Positions 1 through 14,635 of a stretch of DNA of 64,000 bases are shown piece after piece. The translations under genes and the position numbers were made by a program. The DNA comes from the human T2T-CHM13v2.0 reference genome, Homo sapiens, in the NCBI RefSeq assembly GCF_009914755.1, contig NC_060944.1. One strand, 5' to 3'. Each line of letters begins with the position of its first letter. Positions within the stretch are counted from its first letter, which is position 1. The notes beneath the pieces are model-generated. The model was not told where the DNA came from and ran no database searches. It saw only the letters and a list, made by a program, of their open reading frames with translations.

Positions 1-50
1 GAAGGGCCCTGCTCAGGGTTTCCTGCTCTGCTGTTACCATCTTGAAATTC

Positions 51-340
51 TTCTTTCTTTTTTTTTTTCTGAGACAGAGTTCTCACTCTGTCACCCATGG
101 GCATGATCTCCACTCACTGCAAACTCCGCCTCCCAGGTTCAAGTGATTCTCCTGTCTCAGCCTCCTGAGTAGCTGGGATTACAGGCGTGCACCACATTCC
201 TGGCTAATTTTTGTATTTTTAGTAGAGACAGGGTCTCACCATGTTGGTCAGGCTGGTCTTGAACTCCTGACCTCAAGCGATCCGCCTGCCTCGGCCTCCT
301 AAAGTGCTGGGATTATAGGCATGAGCCACTGCGCCCAGCC
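51..340 (-). mobile_element. Alu with small internal deletion, inserted in a MER91-like element
   Basis: Alu motifs; TSD CATCTTGAAATTC at 38-50 and 341-353. Confidence 0.92.
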
Positions 341-1760
341 CATCTTGAAATTCCTGGTAATGTTTCAACAAGGGGCTCTGCGTTCATTTTGTCAAACTTC
401 ATGTGGACATCTGACAACAGCGAGCGCCTTCGGAGCCCTGGTCATGTGCCAGCTCTGCCCTAGGCCAGCCACACACACTGCCTCCTTGAATCCTACTAGC
501 CGTTCTGTTACAGGCATGGTCATCATCAACCCATTCTGCAGATAGGGAAACTGAGACTCAGAGAGCTCCTGATTCAGGCAATACCAGGTAACATCAGCTT
601 TGAAAATCAAATCTGGCCAATCCCTTTTTTTTCAAACTGAGACCCAGAGCGGCTAGAGTTGGCTCAGGGACACGCAGCCCCTGTGTCTCACTGCAGGGTT
701 CCCAGCCATTCCCCAGGGAGGAACAAGAGACCATCTGCCCCCCGGGTGCTTTCTCCGGGCCTTTTTGGAAGGCCCCATTGGCTGGGTTCATTTTGCCACA
801 TTTCCTTTCTTCCTGGCTGGTGGGGAGGACTGTCTCAATGAGGGGTGAACAAACCCCGGTTTTAATCAGAGCAGCCACTTCCTCTCACCAGAGAAGAAAC
901 CCGCCCTCTCACAACCCACTTTCTATATTTAGACCCAGGGCCTCGCCTTGAGCTGGGCCAGGGCTGGGTGTGGCGGGGCCTGCGGCTGCTTCCGGCTCTC
1001 GGGAAGGAAGTTTCCACCTGTTTCCCAAGAGCCAGAGACACGAAGCCTGCAGGTCCTAGGCTGAGTGCAGGATTCTTGAGCCCACAGGGGCCCATAGGAC
1101 AGTAGTTCCAGCCTCCCCCTCTGCAGCTCCACAGCCATGTGGGGGACAAGGCCCATTTCCAGGACAAGAGAAGCCCACTCCCATTTCATTCATTCCTTCA
1201 GGGACCTGGTGTTTTCTGGGTGCCTCCCACAACCCAGGTGCCGTTCTAGACTCTGGGGATACGGCAGGGAACAAGACAGGCCCCTGCCTTCACGGAGCTG
1301 ACAGTCTAATGGGAATGACAGAAGTAAATACAATAAAAATAAACTAATAAAACAGAAACCGGATATAACTAAGGAAAGGTAATGAAGGCATAAATCAGGC
1401 AGATGGACCAAGAGGCGTAGTAGAGTGGGCAACACCAGGGGCGGGGTCCCAGGGCCTCTGCAGGCCCCTGGGGTGTGGAAGGGCCTGGAATGCAGCGACA
1501 GACTGAACAGGGCTTAAGGCAGAGAGGACAGAGCGTGCTGATGTCACAGCCAGGGCTCTTGTGCCTGGTGTGGGAGCCAGTCAAGCTGGAGACAGGGGTG
1601 AGGTCAGGCCCTGCAGGGCCCGGGCACTAAGGCAGAGGTGTGGATCTCAAATACCAAGAGAAACCACCCAGCGCTTTTGAACCTAGCGTGACATGCATCA
1701 CGAGCTGTGTGGTTTTTTTAAAGCTCACCCCTACTGTGATGTCAAGAAAGGGAGGCAAGG

Positions 1761-1879
1761 GGCCAGGGGAGGGAGTCCAGGCCAGTTGGAGGGGGTCCAG
1801 GCCAGCATGAAGGGGGTTCAGGCCAGTGTTGAGAGGGTCTAGGCCAGTGTAGAGGGGGTCCAGGCCAGCGTGGAGGGGT
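1761..1879. repeat. Degenerate 20-21-bp tandem repeat (CAGGCCAGYRTRGAGGGGGTC), 5-6 copies
   Basis: Recurring GGCCAG...GAGGGGGTCCA units. Confidence 0.85.
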
Positions 1880-1894
1880 GGTACCCCAATAGTC

Positions 1895-2100
1895 TAGGGC
1901 ACTGGCTCTCCACTGGGGCCATTCTGCTCCTCAGGGGATGTTGGGCAATGTCTAGAGACATTTTTTCTTGTCATAGTGGTGGTGTGCTACAGGCACCTGA
2001 TAGGCAGAGGCCAGGGGTGCTGCCAAGCATCCTGCCATGTCCCCACAGCGGAGAAAGATCTGGCCCCAAATGTCAAAGGGGTGGCGGTTGAGAAAGCCCG
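1895..2100. mobile_element. MER20 DNA transposon remnant
   Basis: GGGCAATGTCTAGAGACATTTT..AGAGGCCAGGGGTGCTGCCAAGCATCCT..GGCCCCAAATGTCAA..GGTTGAGAAA. Confidence 0.8.
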
Positions 2101-4450
2101 GCCTAGCGGGAGGAGGTGGTGGCGAGCAGGGCGACAGTGGTGGAGGAAAGTGATGTGCCCCGTTCTGGGATCCAGGGTGCATGGAGCATGGATGAGGAGT
2201 CACTTGGCATTCTGCTCTGAGTATTTAAGAGTGACCCATGAGAGCTGTAAACTCAAGTCTCAAGTGTGGGTGACCTCCAACACCCAGGCAAGGGTTCGCC
2301 TAGCATGAGCTCCGCTGCCGAGCGCAGTGTCTGCAGGACTATTCTGCACACATCTTTGGCAGTGCCCCCATGTGGTGGCAAGATGCCCCGGCATCAGTGA
2401 CCTTCGGCAGTCAACCCCCAGCAGTGGGTTAAGGAAGACTTCGGTGTCCTTGGAAGATTGAAAACGAGAGAGGACTCGAGAAGGGGGTTCTGGGCTTCTT
2501 GCTAATAGAGAATCTGGGTACCTGAGTGATTAAGGAGCAAAGGGACACAGTCATCTGGGGATCATAAATTGATGGAGTGGCTTATTCTGACTTCATTAGG
2601 AGTTCCCAGGAGAGCCAGGGAAAGGGGAGGAGGATTGCTGGGTTCAGGAAAGGCACCTGTCACACGCGTGCCTCACTGACTTGCTCGTTGCTCCAAGAAC
2701 ATAGTCAATGCTCCCTCTTCTTTGCATCTCCAGCTTCAGTGCTCTTCAGTTTGTCAGGCGCCTGCAGTCCCAACCCTGGGAGAGCACTCCTCAGCTGGCA
2801 GGCTCCAAAATACCCAGGACGAGGGGAAGGCAGGAATGGCGTGGATGGGGCGGGAGGCTTTCCCCATCTCCCCCAGCTTCAAGCCCTTGTCTCCCCTTCC
2901 TACTTAGAAGATGCTTCCAATGTGGGCCTGCCAGCTCCAGCTGACAGCACCAGGCACTGTCCCAGACACCACCTGAAAAACAATCAAAGGCAGTGAACAA
3001 ACCATGAATCCCTCAGGAAATACAGACAGTTAAACAGTACACGGAGGAATGCACAGCCTTGCTGATCGAATGAGAAAAAAAAATCGATAAAACAAGCCCA
3101 GTGCTGCAAAGGATGCGGGGAAAATAACACATCCCTTTGCTGTAAACAGATTCCGATTTTGAAGATGCTTCTGTCTGCATGGAAAAAGCCCCACGCAGCT
3201 GCCTGACCCCCCGACCTCGAATATTATCTTGAGGCGGGGTTCTGCATCTGAGGAAATAACCCTCAGCAGGAAAAGCGTTCACAGCAACCTTATTTAAACT
3301 GAGAGGTGGAAAAAAGAAAACAACCCAGACGTCCCTTGCTCACACTTGTGGAGCGCTCACACTACGCGAGGTGCCGGACACGCATTAGCTCTTTGATCCT
3401 TTCCACTGCTCTGTGAGTTGTGGTTTATGAACCTCCCATTTTACAATAAGCAGGGGACACAACAGAGGCCAGCCCTCCCTCCACAGCCGCTCAGGGGCTC
3501 AGAGCTGAGGCACCTCAGCGCCACCTGGAGCTTGGGTTCCCCTCCCTCCAAGCTGTTTCTTAGCAACATGAGGCAACCTTGTCTGCGAAAGAGGAGGTGA
3601 CCGCAGCTCCTGGGGATGTGCCAACTCTGGGATGTGACGGGAAGACAAAGGGCTTCTGTCCCCTTCTGCCTGGCGGTAAGAGAGCCGGCCGCCCGGCAGG
3701 CATGCCCCAGCCTGTGGTTCTGGAATGCGGGCAAGCCACCGTCCCCAGAGACCTGTGTTGGTGGCCAGGCCAGCCCACACACCCGATTGGCACATACTCT
3801 TGTGCTTGCCCAGGAGCGGAGTCAGACCATTCACGCTGCCTTCATGGGAGTTGAACAGTTGAACTGATGCCCTTAAACCCAGTGTTTCCCTCTGGGAAGA
3901 CGCCCGGGGGCCTCGTGGTTGTAGGTGCTGGAAGGATAGCTCCAGCTCCAGGCACCTGCCACATAAAGGTAGTTGTGAAATTTCGGACATGCTCTTGGCA
4001 CAGGGCAGAGGTTGGGGATCTCTTGCCTGTGCGGAGAGGACAAGGGGACAAGGGGACGTGCCTGAGGCTGGTGTGGGTGTTGATGTGACCTCTGCTCTTG
4101 GGGTCCAGTCTCCCCAACTCTGGCTGGCCTGGATGAGTGTGCCAGAAATGGGACTCTGGCCATCGCAGTCCACTGGGTGCCCTGTGTGGTAGGCACAGTG
4201 TCCAGGGGAATAGCTGTTTGTCTCCAATGATTGTTCTCTTCTTCTCGGCTGAGCTGGGGGCTCATGTGTCTTTAATACTGGCCAACTCCTGCTTACCCCC
4301 CGCTCCATCTGAGAGAGCAGGCCCCAGGCTCCTGGCGTGTGCAGGTGGCAGTTTACGAACACACTGTGACAGCATCTGAAATCCTGGTCAATACTAAACA
4401 CGACTGATGGCCACTGTGCTTATTTTCAGAGTCATCTGCAAAGCAAGTGA

Positions 4451-4780
<330 letters not shown>

Positions 4781-5876
4781 AAAATAAACATTTAAGTAAA
4801 AAAAAAAAGAAAAAAATCTGAGTCATTTTAAAGAAAAGTATGAAACAAATGGTAGACCAGATGAGATGGTCAAGGTCACAGAGGGAGCCTCAGAATGCAT
4901 GAAGTTTGGGAACCCTGGGCAAGGGCCCTCCTTAGCCCCTGGCAAGGTCACTCCGGATGGTGTGGGTCTTACCAGCCTCTCCTCATCCTGGCCTTGTTTT
5001 AGTCGCCAGGGCCTGGGTGGCAGATTCTTGAGTCTCTGGGATCTTTGCCCTCCCCTCTGCTTCTCCCTCTTTCTCTCCTTGTTCCTCCTTCTCCTTCTTC
5101 ACTGATCAAGCTCAAGAAGCACCCAGCAGGTCCACCGCAGACCCCTCCCATCCCATCTTGCTTTGAGGCTTTCCTCATGGGACAGGGTTGGCCTGTCCTG
5201 ATTGTGGAGTCTCCACTTCCCCACTCAACCCCGCTTGCATCTTCCTTCATCTGCCCAGTGCACCGAGGCTGCCCATCAGAGTCACCTGAGGGGCTCTTAG
5301 GAGATGCCCCGGCCTAACCGCCTGCCAGTTGAGTCAGAATCCCTGGTGGAGGGACATCCTAACAACTCTCTCCTTCAAGGAGCCTGGCCTGACGGGAGGA
5401 GTGTTTCCCTGTCCCTGTCGCCCAGGGGTTCATTTTCGGGCGGATGAACAATGGCTGCAGAGCATAGAAGCCCAGCTCCACTTCCCTGAAGGACCCAGGT
5501 TCCTTCCACATTTCTGCTCGGTCACCCTCAGTGTGGTGTCTTTCAGTTGCTTCATGGTCACGAAGTGGCTGCGGCTGCTCAGAGGCTCCTGACATCACAG
5601 CAGCTGCACCAGCAGGACAGCAGGGAGAGGGCTTGCATCTCAGTGGCTAAAACTGGGTCACATGGCTGCCGCCAGCTGCAAGGAGGCTGAAAGGCAAGTC
5701 TCGGGCAGAGGGCAGTGGGATGCCTATGATTAGGCCAGTCCTGATTCATCCCTAGGGCTAGGCATGTGGCTGGCCCAACAGAACTGCTATTTTGGTAGCA
5801 AAGGAAGAAATAAGAAACAGCTTTTGAGAGTGCAGCCAAGAGTAAGTGTGACAAGGAAACATAAATATCATGTGCC

Positions 5877-6163
5877 GGCTGGGCGCGGTGGCTCGCGCCT
5901 GTAATCCCAGCACTTTGGGTCGAGGAGCGCGTGGATCACTTGAGGTCAGGAAATTTAGACCAGCATGGCCAACACAGTGAAACCCCATCTCTACTAAAAT
6001 ACAATAATTAGCCATGCGTGATGGCAGGTGCCTGTAATCCTAGCTTCTCGGGAGGCTGAGGCAGGAACCCGGGAGGTGGAGGTTTCAGTGAGTCGAGATC
6101 ATGCCACAGCACTCCAGTCTGGGCAACAGAGCGAGATTCCATCTCAAAAAAAAAAAAACAAAA
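5877..6163 (+). mobile_element. Alu (S-like)
   Basis: GGCTGGGCGCGGTGGCTC start and A-tail. Confidence 0.92.
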
Positions 6164-6914
6164 TCTATGTGCCTCCCACTGACAGATATTCATTTTTTTG
6201 TTGGCATCCCCTACACTCAGAATATACATTCTAGGTGGGAATTTTTGTCTGTTTTGTTCTCTGCTGTATCTTCAAGATCTACAACCGTGTCTGGCACCGT
6301 GTAGATGCCTAATAAGTATTTGTGGAGTAAATGGCCAACCCTACGACGTGGGTACCCCTGTTAGCCCTGCTTTCTAGTTGTGAAACAGGCCCAGAAAGGT
6401 TCGGCAACTTGCTGGGGACACAGGGACCTCTAGCTGATGCAGCCTAGAGTTGAGCCCTTGGGGAGCTGGCCCCAGAGCTGGTGCACTCCGCCCTGCAGAG
6501 CCCTGCCTCTCCTGCTGGGCTGGGAGCCGAAGCTGGTGGTTCTAGGCTCAAATTCTTGCTCTACGGTGACCAGCTGTGTGACCCAGGGCAGTCTCCATCT
6601 CTCTGGGATTTGCTCCTTGTCTGCACAGAGAAACAAGCCTTTCCTCTTAAGGGTGCCTGTGCATTCCAGGAGGCGGTCATAAGCACAGCTCTTAACAGAG
6701 TCTGGCACCCAGCAGCTTCCTGGCTATTGCTGGCTATTGTTGCTCTCCCATATTATAGGGGGGGCAACCAAGAAGCAACCAGAAGATGTTCAATGTCACA
6801 GAGCCTGTGGGTTCAAAGGCAGGCCTATGTGAGTCTCCTGCTGGAGGAAGAGCTCTCCTGGTGTGGCCAGTACCTGGGCCTGCTCCTGCGCTCCTCCGGC
6901 TTCCCTAGCTGCCC

Positions 6915-7260
6915 TCTGCCCACCTCCCGCCCCCCTGCCCTGCTCTCCTAACCCCCCAGCCTCCTGCCCTGCCCCACACCCCCCCACCTCCCTAACCCCC
7001 TGACCCCTCTGTCCTGCCCCCCACCCCCGACCCCTGTGCCCTGCGCCCCCACACCCCCACCCTCCTACCCCCTGACCCCTCTGCCATGCCCCTTCAGCCC
7101 CCCTGCCCTGCCCTCCCACCCCCCCTCCTCCTGCACTGCCCCTCCCACCCCCCATCCCCCTGACCCCTCTGCCGTGCCACCCCACTCCCCCACCCTCCCA
7201 CCCCCGACCCCTCTGCCCTGCACCCCCAGCTCGGCCCTGCCTTTGTCCTGCTTACCCCCT
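6915..7260. repeat. C-rich low-complexity region / degenerate minisatellite
   Basis: Dense C3-C8 runs with a recurring CCCC(T)GACCCCTCTGYC motif. Confidence 0.85.
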
Positions 7261-10200
7261 AGCAGAAGGTGTTGCCCAGGCACTGGCAGGAGGTGGGGCC
7301 AGGCCGCACACTGGGCACTAGTTGCTATTTGCCTTCCTCTCCATGGCCCCGCCTGGTGTGGGCAGAGGTGGCATGGGGCCAGGCGGGTGGTGGGGAGGGC
7401 ACCTGGCTGTCCTCTCTTCTCTCCCTGAGCTCCTGGTGGTGCTGGCCAGCAACTAGTTTGCCCAGAATTGAGGGCTTTCCTGGGAAGCCTGACTTTCAGT
7501 TCTAAAACTGGGAAGGTCCCGGGCAAAGCTGGGTGAGTTGGTCACCATGGCAGCAGAAAACCTGAGCGGGATGGGGGTGGGGCAGTAGAAGGGACAGCAG
7601 GGAGTCAGGGCCAGGATCAGCCACCCGGGACAATGTGCTGCCCCTCCAGCACCAGACAGAACCGAGGGAGGATCCCTGTCCCCCTCCCACATCACTGATT
7701 CTGGGAGCCTTAGTTTCCATTTTGGTAAACTGATGCTAGAGATTCCCCGCCTCACAGGGATGAGGGATGGGGAACTGGGTGAGGAAATGAGCATAGAGCA
7801 CTTAGCAGATGCAGACATGTGATTCATGGGGGATCACATTATTAGGTCTCCGGCTTCAAACCCAGCTTCCCGCTGCTCAGAATAAAATGTGACACCCCAC
7901 AGACCCTGGAAGCACCTGCGATCTCAGACCGAATCTCCCCAACTCCACTGCTCACTCTGCTCCAGCCCTGTGGGCCTCCTGGCTGCCTGAGATTGGGCCA
8001 GGCCTCGCCCTACCCCAGGGCCTTTGCACACGCTGTTTCCTCTGCCTGGAGCACCATGCTCTTCCCCCTCTCATCTTTGGGCCTCAGCTTCAAGGTCACT
8101 ACACAGAGAGGCCTTCTTTGTCCCTCTTATTTGAAGGAATATCTGTCTCCTTGGGGAACAGTCATCTCTTGGCCGGTTGAGTGGCTGCCCTGGGCCTGGT
8201 ATGGTGCCCCACCCAGATCAAAGCTCAGGATGTGGTCGTGGAGTGGAAGAATAAATGAATATTGACCTGTGGAGGTCCCAATGGGCTGGAGAAAGAGCCC
8301 AGTGTCTTAAATCTCTTTCCTCCTCTGAGCCTCGATTTCCTCATCTGTCAGCAGGCATGAGAGGAGCATCTGAGTCCTTGGTCTCTGTGAGGCATGAATG
8401 AGGGGACAGAGATGAAGTCTGTTCAGTGCACTTGGCCAGCAGCAGGACTCGGGGCCTGGCAGCTCCCCTGATGGCACCCTGGGGGCACTCCTCCCCACTG
8501 TTTCCTCCCTGAGGCCTGAGGACCCCATGGGCGGTGGGTGCTGCTCCACGCTCCACACAGACCAGGAAGCCAAGCTTGGGGCCACCCCCACTGCCTTCTC
8601 CCGGGCACCACTGCCCACGGCTGGCCTCTCCTCAGGCCACAGGTCTGGCCTGGCTGCCCGAACTCTCAGCCTGGAGGCAGCTGAAGCGTCACATGCCCTT
8701 GGCCAGCCGTCTCCGGGGGGGCGGGTTCCCCTCGGGAGACTTCAGCACATTGTCAAAGCTGTCAAACAATTTCCCTGCCAGGTTTTTGCAGGAATCCAAG
8801 GCCTCGCTCCCAATGCCAAACACCCTCTTAAGACGATATCTCCGGGGCCTGCAGGCCTGCTCAGCGGCGCTGCCTCTCCTCGGCCTTATATAGTCAAAAG
8901 CCGGGGAATCCCTGTCCCACCCTGGGCTGGGATCTGATGGAAGCTGCCACAGCCTTGGCCTGACCCCGGGATCTCCCGCCTCCAAATCGGCCATCTCTGG
9001 CCAAGGGGCCGGGTGAGAGGCCTGGCATGCGCACAGGCCTGCGCGGGGCTCTGGGTGTCCCATCAGCTGGCAGCTGGAGCGGCCAGGCCAGCACAGGCTC
9101 TTACCAAATAAGGCCTGGGCAGCTGGGCTTGGCCAGGCTCAGACGGCGGCAGCTGGGCCAGCAGTAGCAGGCCTGCCTGTCTCCTCCTCCCGCACTGCCC
9201 TGCCTGCCCAGCAAAGACTCTGCAGACTGTGGTCCCCTCGACTCAAGGGAGAGCTCCACCCTAAGAAGCCTGGGTAGACGGTCCCGGATCCCCTGCCAGA
9301 CGCGCTGCCATGAGGAACCTCTGGCAAATTTCCATTGGGAACCTTGAGGGAAGGCAAGGTGGAGAAACATTCCTAGGACTCCCGCTGCTGCAACGGGAGC
9401 CCCGAGCCAGGCCAAGAAATGACCTGTCCCTCCCCCAGGACCCCGCTCCCACTCCTGCATCCCCCAGGGTGTTCCGATTTGGATGTTGCTTGTCCCACCA
9501 GTCAGCCCCTTCCTGGTGCCTGGTCTTTGGGGCCAAAGGGCAAGGCTGGCCAAGCGGTTTGGGAAGCGGGCCCGGGCTCAGGAGCACACTGAGGGCCCTT
9601 GGGCAGTGACCTGCCCTCCAACTGTGGCTATGATGAGGAAGGCGCATGCGTGCTGGTTGAGGAGGGAAGACCCCCATGACCATGAGCCAGTGTGGGCAGA
9701 GGAATGGGCAGGGGGAGGGGCAGGGGGCAGGTCCTCCCTTAGGAGCCACTACGGGGCATGAGGCTCCTGTGTCTGCTCGCCTTGGTTCCAGCCAGCAGCT
9801 TTGGCTCTTGGAGCCTCAGTTTTGCTATCCTTAAAATGGGTGTGATACAAACGCTATCTCAGGGTGGCAGCGGGAGTTCAAGGGGACAAGATGCACACCT
9901 CTCAGGGCCCTGCAGGGAGTTCCTGGAAGATTGACAGCAGGGCGAGGGAGGGATCTCTCCTTTCCTCGGAGATGGGGGAGGCAAGGGCTCTCTTTCTGTC
10001 CCTGACACCCCCTCCTCAGCTCCTCCTGCCCTCCCTGCTGTCTCATTATCTTAGGTGTGATGGGGGCATGGTGAGGCCTCCCAGCCACTCCCAGTGCTGG
10101 AAGTGCAGGCGTGGGGTGACCAGCTATTGCACATGTGACTGCATGGCTGTGTGTGTACGCATGTCCCTCCCAACCCCTATTAGCACAACCATGGGAACGT

Positions 10201-10344
10201 GACCGTGCAGCCCAACAGCCAGGGCGCGGGATACTCGAGAGGGTGGCCCCGGCCTGGGGATGTCTGTGGTTCTGCTGCTGCTCATTTCTGAAGCCCCTTC
10301 ATGAGTTCTGGGACTCCTGGGGGGATGGGGCCCACTTATGAGTC

Positions 10345-10513
10345 CCTCAGAGGCATTCAGTGCAAAGTAAAAATGTGGCCCCCCCTCCAAACGTTCAAAA
10401 ACGACGAAGACTTTTAAGACGACAACAGCAGAGCATTAAACCAACAGGCGGCCCTTCTGAGTGTGAGGGTCCCTCTGCGACTGCACAGGTCACACCCCAT
10501 GCAGCCGGCCCTG
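10345..10513. mobile_element. MER91-like remnant (opposite orientation)
   Basis: CAGTGCAAAGTAAAAATG..CAGCAGAGCATTAAACCAA..GGCCCTTCTGAGTGTG..CCCCATGCAGCCGGCCCTG. Confidence 0.65.
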
Positions 10514-12011
10514 TCCCCTCTGCCCCTCTGCAGCTCAGGTGGGCGGGGCCTGACCACTCCAGCCTGGTCACTCCAGCCTGGCCTTAGACTCTGAGGTGAG
10601 TGGTGCCAGGACCTGCCGGTCAGCCTGGATTCATCATAGCCTCTGTTGTCCAGTAGGCTTGGCAAGAAGGGTCTGTGGAAGTTTATAAAAGTGACACCCC
10701 CCAGCCCCCAACCTGGGGAGCAGCCAGGAGCCCTATGTCAGAATGTGCGGCCCCTAATGAAAGTGCTCTTCCAGCCACTCTATTTAAGCCAGGTGAGTTT
10801 GTTCTCAGGGACTGGAGGCCGGCAAGGTAATGCAGCTGTTTTTAGCGTTTTAGCAGGAGGCAGGTGCTGGCCAGGACGCCTGTGACGCTGTGGGTGACGA
10901 TGGCCATGACCCGGACACATACAGGTTGGGCAACCTGGGCAGAGCTGGTGTGCCTGGAGGTGGGGCGGGGGGGGTGCCTGGAAGACTGGTGTGGCCTGGA
11001 TGTCCTGAGAGCGCCAGAACCTCTCCTTGGGGCTCCCTGGGTGGCTACCACCTTTGACTCTTGCCCTAGGGGCACACACTGCCACCTTTCCAGAAAGTTC
11101 TCTGGGATCTACAGAAACTGACCACCCATCCAGGTGCTTGAACGTGTCAACTGGTAACTTGCAGCTGTTCTGTTGGAACCTCTGAGATTCCAAGCAGAAT
11201 TGCTCAGAACCTTCCGGATGCCCCACATGACATCCGCTCCCTCAGGGATAGACAGGGTTCGGCTGCTCATCGGGGTCTCCCAGAGCCTGGAACAGCGCTG
11301 TCCTAGAAGCCGTGAACAACCATCCTGCAAAGCTGGAGAAGCAGGGCATTTCCCCGCTGACACGCTCAGGACCAGGAGCTGGTGTGCGTCAAAGTCAGCA
11401 CCAAGGCCGGTCCATGGCCTGTGAAATACTCGTCCCTCAAGATTGCATTTCAATGGAAAGACTGGCATTTCCCATTCATTCACCTATTTTTTGATGGAGG
11501 AAAAAGGTCTTTCTGAGTGGGGTGGGGTGCTCTGCTGCTTGGGGTGGTCCCCTCATCTTCCTTGCATAACCCACATCTCCAGTGTATCTTGTGCCTTTGC
11601 AGTTTCTCTTTCTTTGAAATGGAAGAGAGAAAGAATATGCTCCCAGAGACGGTAACTGGAGAGCTTCGGAGCAGACTTTTATACTCTAAAGTAAACTTGT
11701 CCTTTTCATTAATTAACTAACAGAGATTTATTTGGTGTGGACCTCACGCCACAGCCTGTGCTGGATGCTGAGAACAGAGGAAAAATGAGCCCAGGGAAAT
11801 TGTGCCTGAGTGCAGCTAGGTCAGTTTTCTGTTTTACAAATGCAGGAACCAAGGCTCAGAGAGGGTGTGTGAATCACCTAAGGCCACACAGCGCCTGTGT
11901 GACAGGCTTTGGCCTGTAAGGGGAAAGCCGGCTAGAAGAGATGAGAAAATGGGGTGTCATTCACCAGCAAAACTGGGTTCAAATCCGCCTCTGGGACCTT
12001 GGGTAGGACCG

Positions 12012-12122
12012 GCCTGCCAAACACAAATGCATATCTGATTGTTCCCCTACCCCATTTTGTCTGTGTTATCTTATGTAAAATGCAGATTCCCCCATCCTTC
12101 CTTTATCCCTTTTGTTTATGTG
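12012..12122 (+). repeat. Short MER41-family fragment that is an inverted copy of 14490-14600
   Basis: 12028-12122 is the reverse complement of 14490-14584 with 1 mismatch in 95 bp. Confidence 0.9.
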
Positions 12123-12697
12123 GGTCCCCTCAAGCTTTAAGGGCTGTGCTCTGCTATAAGCTAGCCAACTTCTTGGAGCCTCAGTTTCTCATTTGTCAAT
12201 GGGAACAATTACTGCTGGTTCCTGCGGTCACTCAGCAAATATTTGTTAAGCACCTACTAGGTGCCATGCAGCATTGTAGGCACTGGGATATAGCTGTGAG
12301 CCAAACACCCAGCACAGGGCTGATGTGGGAGCTGATGGGGTGGTGCAGCGGGCCTGGTCTGGGCTCCCTCAGCGAGCCAGGCCCAGGGCGCCCCAGGGCA
12401 ACAGGGCTGCACTGCAGGTAGACTCAGCTTGGCAGATCCCTGGCCCTGGGGGCCGTCACATGGGGGCCAGGCCAGGGGCGTGTGGGAGCGGAAAGAGGAT
12501 GGAGGGCAGGAAGGAGGGAGAAAGAGGGAGAAGAGAGGAGGGCACTCTCCTCATCCCCATCCTTCTCCAAAGAAGAAATGACGGCATCGTGCTCTCACCG
12601 ACTCATCGTCCTAGTAGGTCCTTAGGACACCCAGCAAGCCAGACCTCCGTGTGACAGATGAGGAAACTGAGGCTCAAGGGTGACGTCACTTGCCTAG

Positions 12698-13519
<822 letters not shown>

Positions 13520-13788
13520 TAAGGGTAGGAGATGAAAGAGCACGGCTCAGGGGATGAAAGGAGGTGCCAGGGCAGGAGAGAGCCAGGGATTAGGCACGTT
13601 CCCTAGAAGATGTAGCTGAATGTTGGGACACAAGAGAAGGGCTCTTTAGCAGCTAGAGCCCTGTTATCCTCATTTTCCTTCTGGGAGGCAGCAAAATACA
13701 GAGGTTGAGAGCATGGATTCTGGAGTCCCACAAACCCGACTCCTGCCTTGAGTCCTGACTCAGCCTTTAACAGTTGTGTGACTGTGAG

Positions 13789-14260
13789 TGTATCAGTTAG
13801 CTACTGCTATGTAACAAATCGTCCCAAAACCTAGTTGCTTAAAACATGATTCTATGAGTTGACAATTTAGCCTGAACCATCAGTTGGATGGTTCTGGTGT
13901 GGGCTGGCATCCCTCATGCATTTTTGCAGTCAGCTGCCAGGTCTGCAGGAAGCTCTGACTATCATCTAGGGTGATGGGAACAACTGGTCTCTCATTCTCC
14001 AGCAGACCGTTCTCCTGATGGAGACAGGGGTCTGAGAGAGAGAGAGAAGAAACCTGCAAGGCAGTTTGGGGTCTTAGATTTGGCACAGTATCACTTCCAG
14101 CAATTCTGTTGGCCAAAGCAAGTCACAAGACCAACCTGACTCAAGAGTTTGGAAACCACCTCTGCCTTTTGATGGGAAGAGCTGCAAAACCATTTTGCAA
14201 AGGGCGTGGATACAAGGAAGGATGAATTTAGGTCATTTTATACAAATCTGTGTACCACAC
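13789..14260 (-). mobile_element. Old MLT1 LTR
   Basis: TGTATCAGTTAGCTACTGCTATGTAACAAA..GGCACAGTATCACTTCC..TTCTGTTGGCCAAAGCAAGTCACAAG. Confidence 0.7.
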
Positions 14261-14324
14261 TGGGTACCTATATACCTCTCTGAGCCTCAGTTTCCTCATT
14301 TGTAACATGTGAATGGTTTGGCTT

Positions 14325-14635
14325 GTCAATCGGAGAAAACGATGAGACAAGTCTCAATCATTTTTGGAGATTTATTTGCCAAAGTTAAGGACGCACCTGG
14401 GAGACAGGTCTATGTCTTTCTCTGAAGATGATTTTGGGGGCTCCAAATTTAAAGGAGAAAGGGTGGGATATTGAGAAACACACAGTTTTCACATAAACAA
14501 AAGGGATAAAGGAAAGATGGGGGAATCTGCATTTTACATAAGATAACACAGACAAAATGGGGTAGGGGAACAATCAGATATGCACATGGGTCTGGCAGGC
14601 AGGGGTGACTGCACCTAAATAAAAGCTATAAATTG
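14325..14635 (-). mobile_element. MER41-family LTR fragment
   Basis: GATTTATTTGCCAAAGTTAAGGACGCACC...GGAACAATCAGATATGCA, typical of MER41/MER4-group LTRs; it sits inside a MIR. Confidence 0.7.

Noticed and set aside
3516-3531. CTCF-like motif (minus strand GCTCCAGGTGGCGCTG)
   Set aside because: The 3' core matches but the 5' CCAS positions do not; a single imperfect motif cannot be called without ChIP data.
3499-4401. Longest ORF in the track (300 aa, minus strand)
   Set aside because: No recognisable domain, the Pro/Ser/Gly/Cys-rich composition typical of chance ORFs in GC-rich DNA, and a non-ATG start.
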